A stretch of 64,000 bases of DNA. Origin: Myxococcota bacterium. GTDB lineage: Bacteria; Myxococcota_A; SURF-8. A program made the translations under genes and the position numbers. Under the pieces are notes generated by a model. That model made no database searches. It saw nothing but the letters and a program-made list of their open reading frames with translations, and was not told the origin of the DNA. The stretch is from positions 4,672,001 to 4,736,000 of the forward strand of contig OZ223209.1 in the NCBI GenBank assembly GCA_965140415.1, written 5' to 3'. Shown piece after piece: positions 1-9,968 of the stretch (position 1 is its first letter; each line of letters starts with the position of its first letter).

Positions 1-306
1 GCGCACTTCATGCGGGCGGCCATTTTCAACGACATGAACAAGTGGGATCTGGCTCGCAACGAATACGAAAACGTCATCAAATTGTGCGACCGCAAAGGTC
101 TGGTATTGAATTCCTATACGAGTTCGCATAGCAGCAACGTCAGTTGCGAGCAGATCAAGAAGCAGGCGCAGGAATTCATCAAGCGCTCGCAAGAAAACCT
201 GGACAAAGGAGCGGTTATCGATCCCGACGCCAAGCCGGTCGAAATTGAGCCGCCCGGAGATATTCGCGTTTCCAAACCACCCAAAGCAGGAGGAAAACGG
301 CGTTGA
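1..306 (+). CDS. C-terminal part of a TPR-like protein (5' end outside window)
   Basis: Frame is open from position 1; helical TPR-like pattern (AHFMRAAIF..WDLARNEYENVIKL); TGA overlaps the TTG start of the next gene. Confidence 0.55.
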   Translation, partial: AHFMRAAIFNDMNKWDLARNEYENVIKLCDRKGLVLNSYTSSHSSNVSCEQIKKQAQEFIKRSQENLDKGAVIDPDAKPVEIEPPGDIRVSKPPKAGGKRR

Positions 307-890
307 GCGACATATTCATCCATCCAACCGCCATTGTAGACGAAGGCGCCAAAATCGGCGCGGGGACGAAGGTCTGGCACTTCTGCCACATCAGTAGCGA
401 TGTCACTATTGGAGAACGTTGCAATTTCGGGCAGAACGTATTCGTGGCCGGATCGGTGATTATCGGTGAAAACTGCAAAATCCAGAATAACGTTTCCGTT
501 TATGCCGGAGTCGAGCTGGAGCGAGATGTCTTCTGTGGTCCGTCGATGGTCTTCACCAATGTGCTCACGCCGCGCGCGCATGTCTCGCGAAAAGACGAAT
601 ACTCCCGCACGCTGGTCAAACAGGGTGCGTCCATCGGAGCCAACGCCACCATCGTTTGCGGGCGCGAGATCGGACGCTACGCCATGATCGGGGCAGGCGC
701 GGTTATTACGAAAAACGTACCGGATCACGCACTGATGACCGGCAACCCTGCACGCCAGAGCGGCTGGGTATGTCGCTGTGCGGAAGTATTGCGGGAAGAA
801 AACGATCAATTTCACTGCCATCGCTGCGGCGATGTCTACGAAGAACGCAACCATCAACTGGTACTCGTTAAAGAAGGAGGCCAACCGTGA
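303..890 (+). CDS. Hexapeptide-repeat sugar N-acetyltransferase, WbpD/WlbB-like
   Basis: [47 protein letters not shown] and a C-terminal CxC..CxxC. Confidence 0.9.
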   Translation: MSDIFIHPTAIVDEGAKIGAGTKVWHFCHISSDVTIGERCNFGQNVFVAGSVIIGENCKIQNNVSVYAGVELERDVFCGPSMVFTNVLTPRAHVSRKDEYSRTLVKQGASIGANATIVCGREIGRYAMIGAGAVITKNVPDHALMTGNPARQSGWVCRCAEVLREENDQFHCHRCGDVYEERNHQLVLVKEGGQP

Positions 891-2005
891 ACGTTCCTCT
901 GCTGGATCTGAACCGCCAGTATCAAGTCATCGGAACCGCGATGGAAGAAGCCCTGTTGCGGGTCAGCCGCAGCGGTCGCTATATCCTGGGACCGGAAGTC
1001 GAATCGCTGGAAAAGGAAATAGCCGAGATGATCGGCTGCGCCCATGCTGTGGGCGTGACCTCCGGCAGCGACGCCTTGATTATCGCGCTGATGGCCTTGA
1101 ATGTCGGTCCCGGAGATGAAGTCATCACAACGCCTTACACCTTCTTCGCTACGGCGGGAGCCATCGCCCGATTGGGTGCAACCCCGGTTTTCGTGGACAT
1201 CGACCCGGTCAGCTTCAACATCGATCCGGAAGGCGTACGCAAGGCCATCACCCAGCGCACCAAGGCGATCCTTCCCGTTCACCTGTTCGGGCGCACGGCG
1301 GAAATGGATGCACTATTGAGCATCGCGAAGCAGCATGAACTACCGATAGTGGAAGACGCCGCCCAATCGATCGGTTCCACTCTGGCGGATGGGCGCTTCA
1401 GCGGCACCATCGGCACCGTGGGTTGCTTCTCCTTCTTCCCGTCCAAAAACCTGGGCGCGATGGGTGACGGCGGATTGGTGACGACCAACGACAGCGAACT
1501 GTACGAAAAACTTAAAACACTGCGCGCGCACGGCTCCAAGCCCAAATACTTCCATGCCATTATCGGCGGAAATTTCCGGCTCGATCCGATGCAGGCCGCC
1601 GTATTGCGCGTCAAGCTGCCACATCTGGAAAGCTGGCACGAAGCCCGCAAGCAGAACGCCGACCGTTACCGGCAACTTTTCGAACAGCGCACCGACGCAT
1701 TACAGGGAAACGTGCAAAGCCCGGATGAAGGCGCGGGGCGGCACGTGTACAATCAGTTTGTCATTCGTTGTAAGCGGCGAGACGATCTGATGAAACACCT
1801 ACAGGAAAAAGGCATCGGTTCTGCAATTTACTACCCGCTTTCGCTGCACGAGCAGGGCTGCTTTGCGAATCTGGGTTACAAATCCGGCGATTTCCCAGAA
1901 TCGGAACGCGCCGCCAAGGAAACACTGGCACTGCCGATTTACCCGGAACTGACGGAAGCGGAACAGGTTTACGTTGCCGACACGCTGGTGGAATTTTACG
2001 GATAG
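887..2005 (+). CDS. DegT/DnrJ/EryC1/StrS PLP-dependent sugar aminotransferase, WbpE-like
   Basis: [21 protein letters not shown] (PLP lysine), [20 protein letters not shown] overlap with the upstream gene. Confidence 0.92.
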   Translation: MNVPLLDLNRQYQVIGTAMEEALLRVSRSGRYILGPEVESLEKEIAEMIGCAHAVGVTSGSDALIIALMALNVGPGDEVITTPYTFFATAGAIARLGATPVFVDIDPVSFNIDPEGVRKAITQRTKAILPVHLFGRTAEMDALLSIAKQHELPIVEDAAQSIGSTLADGRFSGTIGTVGCFSFFPSKNLGAMGDGGLVTTNDSELYEKLKTLRAHGSKPKYFHAIIGGNFRLDPMQAAVLRVKLPHLESWHEARKQNADRYRQLFEQRTDALQGNVQSPDEGAGRHVYNQFVIRCKRRDDLMKHLQEKGIGSAIYYPLSLHEQGCFANLGYKSGDFPESERAAKETLALPIYPELTEAEQVYVADTLVEFYG

Positions 2006-2030
2006 AGCAGAGTTGAAGGTTCGAATCAAT

Positions 2031-2069
2031 TACCGCTGGGAGAAACGTTCTTCCGGCGGTATTTTGTTT
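2031..2069 (+). terminator. Rho-independent terminator after the aminotransferase
   Basis: Stem taccgctgggagaa / ttcttccggcggta followed by ttttgttt, between convergent genes. Confidence 0.65.
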
Positions 2070-3201
2070 ATGGATTGTCAATCCTAATGGTCGTGAAAAG
2101 GGGGGTATCCTGACCTTCGTCGAAAATCACGGTCATGCCACCACCCGGCACAAGACAGAGGCATTCAGGTTTGTAACCAGGGAATACGGCTTTACGAGTG
2201 GCAACGATACGCCCTGCGGTAAATTCTCGAATCAGGTTCACACTCCCCTGTTGATATTCCTTGTCCAATGCCGCAACGGTGGAAGCCATCCACAAGCGCC
2301 CCTGCTTGTCGAAAGTCATTGAAGAAATTCCCGCGTGCCGTCCCCGAACGTTTCCAAGATCCACCGTGGCAAACAGTGACAGCTGCCCGCTGGAGAGTTT
2401 GCCTTCCGATAGGAACCGATCCAAATCCGACAAGTGCCAGATCAAGGCACCGGTTTGCGGCACCGGCTCTTTCAGCCCGAAATAGAGGGAGTTCTTGCGA
2501 TAAGCCATTCCTTCGATGTTCAACAGCCAGTCACCCGTTTTCGTTTTGGCCGAAAGTCCCAGCGCCTGCTGCTCTTCCGGTTTCAAATCCCGCTTTAAAA
2601 TGGAGTAGAACGCAGCATGGCGCAGCATTGTAAACTCACGACCTTTGCGCTCCACTTCCCAGATCTGCTGCCGGGTTTCAGGACGCTTGCCTTTTTTGCT
2701 TTCCGATTGCGAGGAAATGAGGATCAGGCGACCATCTTCCCGCTCGGCCATCGCTTCCAAATCGCTGACCTTGGGTGCATTTCGAACGAGGATCGGGGTT
2801 TCCTCCACAACACCGTTTCGGTCCATCAGAAACAACCAGGGAGCATGGTCTTTATGCCTGCGAGTTCCGGTGTCGTCACTGATCAACAAGTAGCGTTGAA
2901 TGTCTTCCAGCCACATCGCCCCACTCGGCTCCAAGCGACTCTTTTTCCGTAAGTTTGTAGGAATGATAAATTTGGTCAGTACGGATTGTGTTTCCTGCGA
3001 ATCGGTTGCCACCGCGTTTTGTATGCGAGCTTCTTTTACCGAAGCTTGCAGAGACGTGTCAGCATTGCCCGATTGTGGGATGACGATTTTCCCCTCCTGG
3101 CTCTCCGCATTCTGACATCCAAAGCATAATGCAAGGGCCACCAAGATCAGAGATAATCGCCCCAGGTAAAACCGCTGTGTTTGGGTAAGTATCGCTTTCA
3201 T
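2068..3201 (-). CDS. Exported (probable lipo)protein, beta-propeller-like, DUF3616-like
   Basis: Signal peptide with LCFGC lipobox; repeated blade-like motifs EPSG, SDLEAM, NIEGMA, KPECL. Confidence 0.55.
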   Translation of the reverse strand: MKAILTQTQRFYLGRLSLILVALALCFGCQNAESQEGKIVIPQSGNADTSLQASVKEARIQNAVATDSQETQSVLTKFIIPTNLRKKSRLEPSGAMWLEDIQRYLLISDDTGTRRHKDHAPWLFLMDRNGVVEETPILVRNAPKVSDLEAMAEREDGRLILISSQSESKKGKRPETRQQIWEVERKGREFTMLRHAAFYSILKRDLKPEEQQALGLSAKTKTGDWLLNIEGMAYRKNSLYFGLKEPVPQTGALIWHLSDLDRFLSEGKLSSGQLSLFATVDLGNVRGRHAGISSMTFDKQGRLWMASTVAALDKEYQQGSVNLIREFTAGRIVATRKAVFPGYKPECLCLVPGGGMTVIFDEGQDTPLFTTIRIDNP

Positions 3202-3412
3202 GTAGACCCCGACTCTCGTGTGCTGGATGGTTGAAAACAGGGAATCAGTTTAGTTTGGCTATAGTCGAGACAATGATGATTTGGCCGCAATCCCAATCGA
3301 TTCCCAACCAACGAGGATATTCTACTCGCACATTGCCGATTTGCCAATCACTTATTTCACAGGAAATTTTCAAAAAAGAAGGTAATGATACATTCCTACA
3401 AAACAGAACCGG

Positions 3413-5053
3413 CTATTTTACAGGTTGTAAAATCTTGAATCCGTGAACACGCAAGGTATTGATGTGCATTCCGGGGCAGTTCTGCCGCAAGCGGCAGCTT
3501 TGGCAGCGCGTGGAATGCGACCGGTAATCCTTCACGATGTAAGCGCCCGTCAAAGCAGGCATATCCAGCTTTCCTTTTGAATTCAAGGTAGACAACCGCA
3601 GGGTGGGCGCTTCCGGCTCGATTGCGGAATGAATACAGGGTGTTACACCACGAGCGAGCAAACCGCTGTCTGCCCAATGTTTAAAGAATTCAACAGGATT
3701 GGGAAGTTCCTGGGCTTCGGTCAGGGTTTCCACGGAAGCAAATGCCAGGATAACCTTTCCATGTTTGGAAAGCTCCTGGCGGCGTAACAACAAGCCCTCG
3801 GCACTATTGCCATCGACAATGACTTCCAATTCCAAAGACAGGCTCATAAGCCGGTCCAGATCGTCGGGATTCTGGACCACAAGGCGCACCAATCCGGGGA
3901 AACGGACAAGCTCGAAGCGATTCCAGTCCTGTAATTGCAGTATCAGCCGTTCGGGTGAGGCGACTGCGGCGGCAATCCATTTCTCGGCCTGTTCGGCGTT
4001 TTTGGCTTTTACTCGCCATTCCGGCACGGATGTTTCACCCAGCGCGAGTTGCACGATCTCCGGCGCAGGCGACATTTCCCCGGTCAGATCGATGTCCAGA
4101 CATTCGAAATCATGGGTACGCAGGCGGCGCTCGGTATCCATGGCCACATCGCAGAGAGGGCGAATAAAGCAATGTTTGCAGCGCTCACCGTAGCACTGCA
4201 AGGGGCGACCGGTTTTCAAGAAATTGGCGAACTCGTCGCGGCGGCCATGGACCTCATCGTAGAGCTTATGCGGATCTTGAATCAACTGCTCCACGCCTTC
4301 TAAGAATTCGACGGGAAAGCGGTTGGTCCAGATGAAGTTCTCCGGCTGCTGGGCGTGCTTGAAACCTTCGTTGATATAAGGAAACGCCTGCTCGACATCG
4401 TAAAAGAGCTTGTCACGGTGCTCGTCCCACCAGGCACGCCCGAAAGGAACGATTTGAAGCAGATCGAACTCGTGGATACCCAACTTCATATAGAAGTCCA
4501 CGATTTCCTTAAGGTATTTATAGTTCAACCCGTTGATGACAATATCCACGTTGAGCACCACACGGCCATCGCGAATCAGATTGAGCATACCGCGCAATGC
4601 CTGTGCGAAAGCCCCTTTGATGCCTGTCAGCGTATCATGTAACTCCGAGTTGTGACCGTGCATGGAAAAGGTGACTTCGTTCAGTCCGGCGTCGGCGGCT
4701 TTCTGGGCGAATTCCTTGTAGGCGAACATGCGGCCATTGCTGATCGTCTGAATCCAGTCGTAGCCGATCTGCTTGCCGTGCGCGACAAAATCGATGAACT
4801 GAGGATGAATGCTGGCTTCACCGCCGGAAACGATCAGGCGCGCACCGGGTTGAAATCCTTTTTCGATCTCCTCAAAGACTTCCTTTGCCGGTCGATGCCC
4901 ACGCGGGGGCACGTCGCCATCCAGGCAGAAAATGCAACGGTTGTTGCAGGCGTAGGTCGTGCGCACCCAGTTGCGATGCTGATGCACCGCCTCCTCTTTG
5001 ACCTGCTGTCGCTCGGTATCTTCGATGTTGTCTTGCTCAGGCTTCGAAGTCAT
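3413..5053 (-). CDS. Radical SAM protein with long C-terminal extension (Hxs-related clade)
   Basis: CNNRCIFC (CxxxCxxC), SGGEAS; extra Cys clusters CYGERCKHC..C and CQSCRLRQNC. Start placed at ATG 5053 (MTSKPEQ); the longer ORF call reads into the upstream gene. Confidence 0.88.
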   Translation of the reverse strand: MTSKPEQDNIEDTERQQVKEEAVHQHRNWVRTTYACNNRCIFCLDGDVPPRGHRPAKEVFEEIEKGFQPGARLIVSGGEASIHPQFIDFVAHGKQIGYDWIQTISNGRMFAYKEFAQKAADAGLNEVTFSMHGHNSELHDTLTGIKGAFAQALRGMLNLIRDGRVVLNVDIVINGLNYKYLKEIVDFYMKLGIHEFDLLQIVPFGRAWWDEHRDKLFYDVEQAFPYINEGFKHAQQPENFIWTNRFPVEFLEGVEQLIQDPHKLYDEVHGRRDEFANFLKTGRPLQCYGERCKHCFIRPLCDVAMDTERRLRTHDFECLDIDLTGEMSPAPEIVQLALGETSVPEWRVKAKNAEQAEKWIAAAVASPERLILQLQDWNRFELVRFPGLVRLVVQNPDDLDRLMSLSLELEVIVDGNSAEGLLLRRQELSKHGKVILAFASVETLTEAQELPNPVEFFKHWADSGLLARGVTPCIHSAIEPEAPTLRLSTLNSKGKLDMPALTGAYIVKDYRSHSTRCQSCRLRQNCPGMHINTLRVHGFKILQPVK

Positions 5054-5951
5054 GGGCTTTTTCACTACAGGGCTTGAACTCGTCCCAGCCAAAAGCTTCC
5101 GGGTATTCGCGCCAGGGGCCTTCGCAGACATCGTTGTACGCGCATTTTTTGCAGGGCGGTCCCTTGAGTTTACCTTCGTTCCAGCGGTAGTCGGTGTAAT
5201 TCTCCACGACGTGCTCGGCGTCGATGATTTTGGTGTGCGGGATGTAACGCTCGGCCACGAATGCTTCATAACCACTCATGAAGCAGTATGGTATCGCTTC
5301 GGTCATCACGCGACATCCGGCTTTAAGACCGACGGACAAGCCCTTCTTTACATAAGGCTCCACCAACGACTTGCGAGGGACGATCATTTCGAAATTCTGC
5401 TCTGCGCTACCTAAAGCATGGACAAAAGCGAACTGGAACTGATCCACCTTCAGTGCGGAAAACAAGCGGGCCATATCGGGAAGATGGCGGTAATTGGGCC
5501 GGGTGATGACGGAATTCATTACGATCGGCTGCCCTAACGCCTTTAAATTCTGAATGCCTTTCACCGTTTGCTTGAATGCACCCTTGGCATTGACCAGAAA
5601 ATCGTGCAGATCGGGACGATGGCCGTGCAGTGCGGGGCTGAATTCATTGGCTCCCGCTTCGATCAAACGCTCGCAAAAGGCTTTGTCCGCAAACAACCGC
5701 CCATTCGTCTGCACCTGAATCAACCGAAATCCCAACGACTTGGCATGGGCAACCAACTCCACGAAATCGCTGCGGATCGTCACCTCTCCACCGGTGAAGA
5801 CGATGCTGTCGGCATCTTTGATACCATCATCCAGAATTTGCTTAACCTGCTCGGTGGTTTTATTGCCGTACTTATGGCGTTTATCGCCCTGTACGCAGAA
5901 ATAGCAGCGATTGTTGCATTGAAATCCGCATTTTACATCGATCCGGTCCAT
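5037..5951 (-). CDS. Radical SAM protein, HxsC-like, with C-terminal auxiliary Cys motif
   Basis: CNNRCYFC, VFTGGE, IQVQTNGR, PYC, C-terminal CKKCAYNDVCEG; AAGGAA RBS before ATG 5951. Confidence 0.9.
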   Translation of the reverse strand: MDRIDVKCGFQCNNRCYFCVQGDKRHKYGNKTTEQVKQILDDGIKDADSIVFTGGEVTIRSDFVELVAHAKSLGFRLIQVQTNGRLFADKAFCERLIEAGANEFSPALHGHRPDLHDFLVNAKGAFKQTVKGIQNLKALGQPIVMNSVITRPNYRHLPDMARLFSALKVDQFQFAFVHALGSAEQNFEMIVPRKSLVEPYVKKGLSVGLKAGCRVMTEAIPYCFMSGYEAFVAERYIPHTKIIDAEHVVENYTDYRWNEGKLKGPPCKKCAYNDVCEGPWREYPEAFGWDEFKPCSEKAHDFEA

Positions 5952-6078
5952 CCGGTTGTATTCCTTTCTAACGACCAAAGGCAGAGGCCCAAGTTGGCGA
6001 AATCCACTATACTCCCGATTAAGGGAAACTTATTATGATCCGAGCGAGAAATCAATGCAAGGATTGAGAGCTTTTTTC

Positions 6079-6107
6079 TTGACAATAAAAAAATCGTTGT
6101 CTATATT
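6079..6107 (+). promoter_or_regulatory. Sigma70 promoter of the tRNA-Arg/tadA unit
   Basis: TTGACA-17 bp-TATATT followed by a GC-rich discriminator (tcggggcc). Confidence 0.7.
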
Positions 6108-6171
6108 TCGGGGCCTTGAAACGACCCGATCTTTACAGCATTAAAACCGCCCCCTTGATCGGGGCAAGTGT

Positions 6172-6248
6172 GCGCCCATAGCCCAACTGGAAAGAGCGCC
6201 GGACTACGAATCCGGAGGTTGGAGGTTCGAGTCCTCCTGGGCGTACCA
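6172..6248 (+). tRNA. tRNA-Arg(ACG)
   Basis: Acceptor GCGCCCA/TGGGCGT, anticodon arm ccgga-ctACGaa-tccgg, GGTTCGAGTCC T-arm, encoded CCA. Confidence 0.95.
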
Positions 6249-6270
6249 TTTATTTTTATGAGATCAGGCC

Positions 6271-6750
6271 ATGGCGACTCACGAAGACTGGATGCGGCTG
6301 GCGCTACAAGAAGCGCAGATCGCAGGCGACGAGGGCGAGGTTCCCGTCGGTGCGGTGCTGGTGAGAAACGACGAACTCATCTGCTGCGCCCACAACCGCC
6401 GGGAAGCGATTCAAAGCCCGCTGTCCCACGCAGAGTTGGAAGTCATCGGAGAAGCGTCCAAACGGTTGCATTCCTGGCGTTTATCGGATTGCACCCTGTA
6501 TGTGACGTTAGAGCCTTGCCTGATGTGTATCGGCGGCGCAATCCAGGCGCGATTAAAGCAAATCGTGTTCGGTTGCCGCGACCCCAAAGCCGGCGCAGTC
6601 TGTTCGTTGTATCAATGTGCTCAAGACGAGCGGCTCAACCATCAGATCGATGTGGTGGAAGGGGTACTGGCCCAACAAGCCAGCACGCTGTTAAGTGACT
6701 TCTTCAAGAAGCTTCGCAGCAAAAAAGAAGACGGCTTCATCGACGAGTAA
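6271..6750 (+). CDS. tadA: tRNA-specific adenosine-34 deaminase
   Basis: EVPVGAV, HAE, LYVTLEPCLMC, DPKAG, FF..LR. Confidence 0.95.
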   Translation: MATHEDWMRLALQEAQIAGDEGEVPVGAVLVRNDELICCAHNRREAIQSPLSHAELEVIGEASKRLHSWRLSDCTLYVTLEPCLMCIGGAIQARLKQIVFGCRDPKAGAVCSLYQCAQDERLNHQIDVVEGVLAQQASTLLSDFFKKLRSKKEDGFIDE

Positions 6751-6829
6751 AATCTCTTTCGAGCCGCTTCTGAACAGTGAATGTTCTTTTCAAGATTGAC
6801 TAGTTGTCGCATCAGTAGCGTACACACGT

Positions 6830-6919
6830 GGAGAGATGGCCGAGCGGTTGAAGGCGCATGATTCGAAATCATGTGTACCTTTACGGGTACCCTGGGTTCG
6901 AATCCCAGTCTCTCCGCCA
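6830..6919 (+). tRNA. tRNA-Ser(CGA)
   Basis: GGAGAGA acceptor, catga-ttCGAaa-tcatg anticodon arm, long variable arm, GCCA end. Confidence 0.95.
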
Positions 6920-6972
6920 TTTTTACGAATTGCCTTTGAGCCTTCAGCCAAAGGTGTGTGCTATGCAAGTGC

Positions 6973-7063
6973 GGAGAGATGGCCGAGCGGTTGAAGGCGC
7001 ACGATTGGAAGTCGTGTGTACCTCAAAAGGGTACCCTGGGTTCGAATCCCAGTCTCTCCGCCA
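6973..7063 (+). tRNA. tRNA-Ser(GGA)
   Basis: GGAGAGA acceptor, cacga-ttGGAag-tcgtg anticodon arm, long variable arm, GCCA end. Confidence 0.95.
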
Positions 7064-7103
7064 TTTTTTTATCATCATGCGGCTCTCTCCCGAGCCGCCG
7101 TTA

Positions 7104-7207
7104 TGGCAGCCGGGTCCCATGCGGCGGAGCCTGTGAACCGCGTCAGGTCCGAAAGGAAGCAGCGCTAAGCAGTTTACTCCGGGTGCCATGGGGTTGCCCG
7201 GTTGCCA
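7104..7207 (+). ncRNA. ffs: Signal recognition particle 4.5S RNA
   Basis: Helix-8 signature tcaggtccgaaaggaagcagc inside a hairpin closed by tggcagccggg/cccggttgcca; usual position upstream of dnaX. Confidence 0.92.
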
Positions 7208-7269
7208 CCTTTTCCCCTCTGTGCTATACTCCGCCAACATTTTGACCCCGGTTATTTCAGGGAGCGATC

Positions 7270-8958
7270 ATGTCTTATCTGGTCTTGGCGAGAAAGTACC
7301 GTCCGAGCAATTTCGAGGAAATCATCGGACAGCAGCACGTCACCCGCACGTTGCAAAACGCAGTCCGTTCCAATAAGGTTCACCACGCTTTTCTTTTTAC
7401 CGGAACGCGCGGCGTCGGTAAAACGACCACGGCCCGTGTGCTGGCCAAAGCGCTTTGCTGCCAGAACAGCGACGGCCCCACTGCCGAGCCTTGCGGCGAA
7501 TGTGCAAGCTGCAAGGGAATTGCGACGGGCAACTGGGTGGATGTCAACGAAATCGATGGTGCCAGCAGCAATAGCGTAAACGACGTGCGCGTGCTGCGCG
7601 ATAACGTGCAATATCGCCCGCAGCAATCCCGCTATAAAATCTACATCATCGATGAAGTGCATATGCTCTCCACGGCGGCCTTCAACGCGTTGTTGAAGAC
7701 CTTGGAAGAGCCGCCCGAACACGTCAAGTTCATGTTCGCCACCACCGAATCTCACAAAATTCCGCAGACGATTCTGTCCCGCTGCCAGCGCTACGATTTC
7801 AAATCGGTCGCAGCGGCGGAACTCGTAGAACTGTCCCGAACGCTGTGCGAACGCGAATCGATTCAGATTTCCGACGGCGGCCTGCGTATCGTGGCCCGTA
7901 TGGCGCGAGGCTCGGTACGCGACAACCTGTCGCTACTGGATAGCGTTATCGCCTACGGCGGAGAAAATGTCACCGACGAAGATGTCCGGCTGGTACTGGG
8001 TTTGGCGGATGCTGCGTTATTCAGCCGCATTACCCGTGCCCTGGTCGCCAGAGATGGCGCGGCGCTATTCGATGCGGTCGCCGATCTGGTTGATTACGGT
8101 CATGATATCCGCCAGTTCGGCTCCGATTTTTTAGAGTATCTGCGTGACATGCTGCTGGTCGCCACCGCACCCGCCTCGGCGAATCAGGTCGGTCGTCCGG
8201 AAGCGGAAGTAGCGGAAATCAAAGAGCTATCCAAGCAAGCAGAAGTCAGTGAATGGGTTGCCTGGTTCGATTTGATGGTGGAAGGCCAGGAGCGCATCGC
8301 CCGCAGCGAACAGGCGCGCTACATGCTGGAACTGACTTTGGCCAAAATGATCCAGGTCGGGAAATTGCGCTCAATCGACGATCTGTTGGCCGGGCTGGGC
8401 AAGCTGTCGCGCTCGATCGGAACGGGAAGCGCCGCCGCTGCGCCGCCGCCTGCAAGCCGTCGCGCACCCCGTCCTCGGAGCCTGGCAAACGATGAAAGCG
8501 GAGCTCCACCAAATAATGTTATTGACCTTCACCAATCGGAGCCGATGGAACAACAAGCCGCGCCGGGCAATTGGAAAGACCTGGTCTCCAGGGTGAAAAC
8601 ACAAAGCCGCACCTTGTGGGCGACGTTGAATAAAGTCGGCGTACTGGAATTTTCCGAAAATACCATCCGGCTGGAATGTCCGCGCGACACCATGGCCTGG
8701 CAGGAAATCGGAGACAAAGACGGGCGCCGCAAATTGGAACAGCTTTTTTCCAACATCTTCGGTCACCCCGTTTCGGTAACGGTGGAAGGCTGTGAAAACA
8801 AGGAAGCGCAGGCGCTAAGCCTGCACGAGGAAGCTCGCCGCCAGAAAAAAGAACACAGACAAGAAGTGACTCGTCATGGCGAGCAAGACCCGCAAGCACG
8901 TATCGTACAGGAAGTATTCGGCGGTGGTAAAATCGCCGTGAATGTCCGTAGAAAATAG
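7270..8958 (+). CDS. dnaX: DNA polymerase III subunit gamma/tau
   Basis: MSYLVLARKYRP, GTRGVGKTT, Zn CxxCxxC, DEVHML, SRC. Confidence 0.97.
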   Translation: MSYLVLARKYRPSNFEEIIGQQHVTRTLQNAVRSNKVHHAFLFTGTRGVGKTTTARVLAKALCCQNSDGPTAEPCGECASCKGIATGNWVDVNEIDGASSNSVNDVRVLRDNVQYRPQQSRYKIYIIDEVHMLSTAAFNALLKTLEEPPEHVKFMFATTESHKIPQTILSRCQRYDFKSVAAAELVELSRTLCERESIQISDGGLRIVARMARGSVRDNLSLLDSVIAYGGENVTDEDVRLVLGLADAALFSRITRALVARDGAALFDAVADLVDYGHDIRQFGSDFLEYLRDMLLVATAPASANQVGRPEAEVAEIKELSKQAEVSEWVAWFDLMVEGQERIARSEQARYMLELTLAKMIQVGKLRSIDDLLAGLGKLSRSIGTGSAAAAPPPASRRAPRPRSLANDESGAPPNNVIDLHQSEPMEQQAAPGNWKDLVSRVKTQSRTLWATLNKVGVLEFSENTIRLECPRDTMAWQEIGDKDGRRKLEQLFSNIFGHPVSVTVEGCENKEAQALSLHEEARRQKKEHRQEVTRHGEQDPQARIVQEVFGGGKIAVNVRRK

Positions 8959-9003
8959 CGCGGAACCGACCGCGTTTTTGACCCTTTTACAAGGAGATGA
9001 CGA

Positions 9004-9318
9004 ATGAAAGGCAACCTGAACCAGTTGATGCGCCAGGCGCAGCAGATGCAAGCCAAAATTGCCAAAATGCAGGAAGATCTGGCAAATGAAACCGCCGAAG
9101 GCCAATCGGGTGGCGGCATGGTGACGGCAGTCGTCAACGGCAAGCAGCAACTGATCAGCATCAAGCTGGAAAAAGACGTGGTGGACCCGGAAGACATCGA
9201 AATGCTGCAAGATCTGATCGTTGCAGCGGTCAATCAGGCCAGCAACAACATCCAGGAAAAAATCAACACCGAAATGAGTAAAGTCACCGGTGGAATGAAA
9301 ATTCCCGGATTGATGTAA
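9004..9318 (+). CDS. ybaB: YbaB/EbfC nucleoid-associated protein
   Basis: QAQQMQ, SGGGMV, DPEDIEMLQDLI; located between dnaX and recR. Confidence 0.95.
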   Translation: MKGNLNQLMRQAQQMQAKIAKMQEDLANETAEGQSGGGMVTAVVNGKQQLISIKLEKDVVDPEDIEMLQDLIVAAVNQASNNIQEKINTEMSKVTGGMKIPGLM

Positions 9319-9324
9319 CCCGGT

Positions 9325-9924
9325 ATGTCGCCAGCCGATCCGATTCGTAAACTGATCCACGAGTTGTCGCGCCTGCCTGGTGTAGGCCGTAAGAGCGCCA
9401 CTCGACTGGCTTATTTTATCCTGCAAGATCCCAATGACTACGCCCTGAAACTGGCAGAGGTGCTGCAACAGGCCAAACAGGAAGTGGCGATCTGTTCGGT
9501 CTGCGGAAATTTGTCTGCCCAGCAACCCTGCCGGATCTGCTCCGATGCCTTGCGCGACGAGCATACACTCTGCGTGGTCGAGCACGTCCCCGACCTGCTG
9601 GCCATCGAAGCCAGCGGAGAATTCAAAGGACAGTATCACGTATTAAACGGCGTGATTTCTCCCTTAAACGGCATCGGCCCGGAACAGCTGCGCATAGGTG
9701 AACTGCTGCAACGTTGCGAACAACAGCCGGTGCGCGAAGTGATCGTCGCAACCAATCCGACTGTCGATGGCGAGGCGACAGCCTTGTATATCCGAAAAGT
9801 GCTGACCGATCGAAACGTGCGTATCACGCGGCTGGCTTCGGGAATTCCGATGGGCAGCGATATCGAGTACCTGGACCGGGTGACGTTGTCCCGCGCGCTT
9901 TTGGGGCGTGTGGAACTGGACTGA
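9325..9924 (+). CDS. recR: Recombination mediator RecR
   Basis: LPGVGRKSA HhH, C4 zinc finger, Toprim ATNPTVDGEATA. Confidence 0.97.
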   Translation: MSPADPIRKLIHELSRLPGVGRKSATRLAYFILQDPNDYALKLAEVLQQAKQEVAICSVCGNLSAQQPCRICSDALRDEHTLCVVEHVPDLLAIEASGEFKGQYHVLNGVISPLNGIGPEQLRIGELLQRCEQQPVREVIVATNPTVDGEATALYIRKVLTDRNVRITRLASGIPMGSDIEYLDRVTLSRALLGRVELD

Positions 9925-9968
9925 AAGTCTCTGAACAACCAGCAAGATCATACGCAAGGGGAAACAGC

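Noticed and set aside
115-147. YTSSHSSN as a His-Xaa-Ser precursor
   Set aside because: A single HxS inside a TPR-like protein, with no repeats
5054-5275. Ser/Thr-rich N-terminal extension of the 620-aa ORF as a fused precursor or leader
   Set aside because: It is an alternative-frame reading of the upstream rSAM gene; the real start is most likely ATG 5053
6172-7063. tRNA-anchored genomic island
   Set aside because: No integrase, and no separate duplicated tRNA 3' end (att site) noticed elsewhere in the window
6168-7245. Short ORFs overlapping the tRNA and ffs genes
   Set aside because: Explained by the RNA genes and tadA
8844-8851. A6G run in dnaX as a gamma/tau -1 frameshift site
   Set aside because: It reads AAA AAA GAA in frame rather than A AAA AAG, lies near the 3' end, and has no obvious stimulatory hairpin
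8959-8979. Short hairpin plus T5 between dnaX and ybaB
   Set aside because: Only a 5-bp stem, too weak to call
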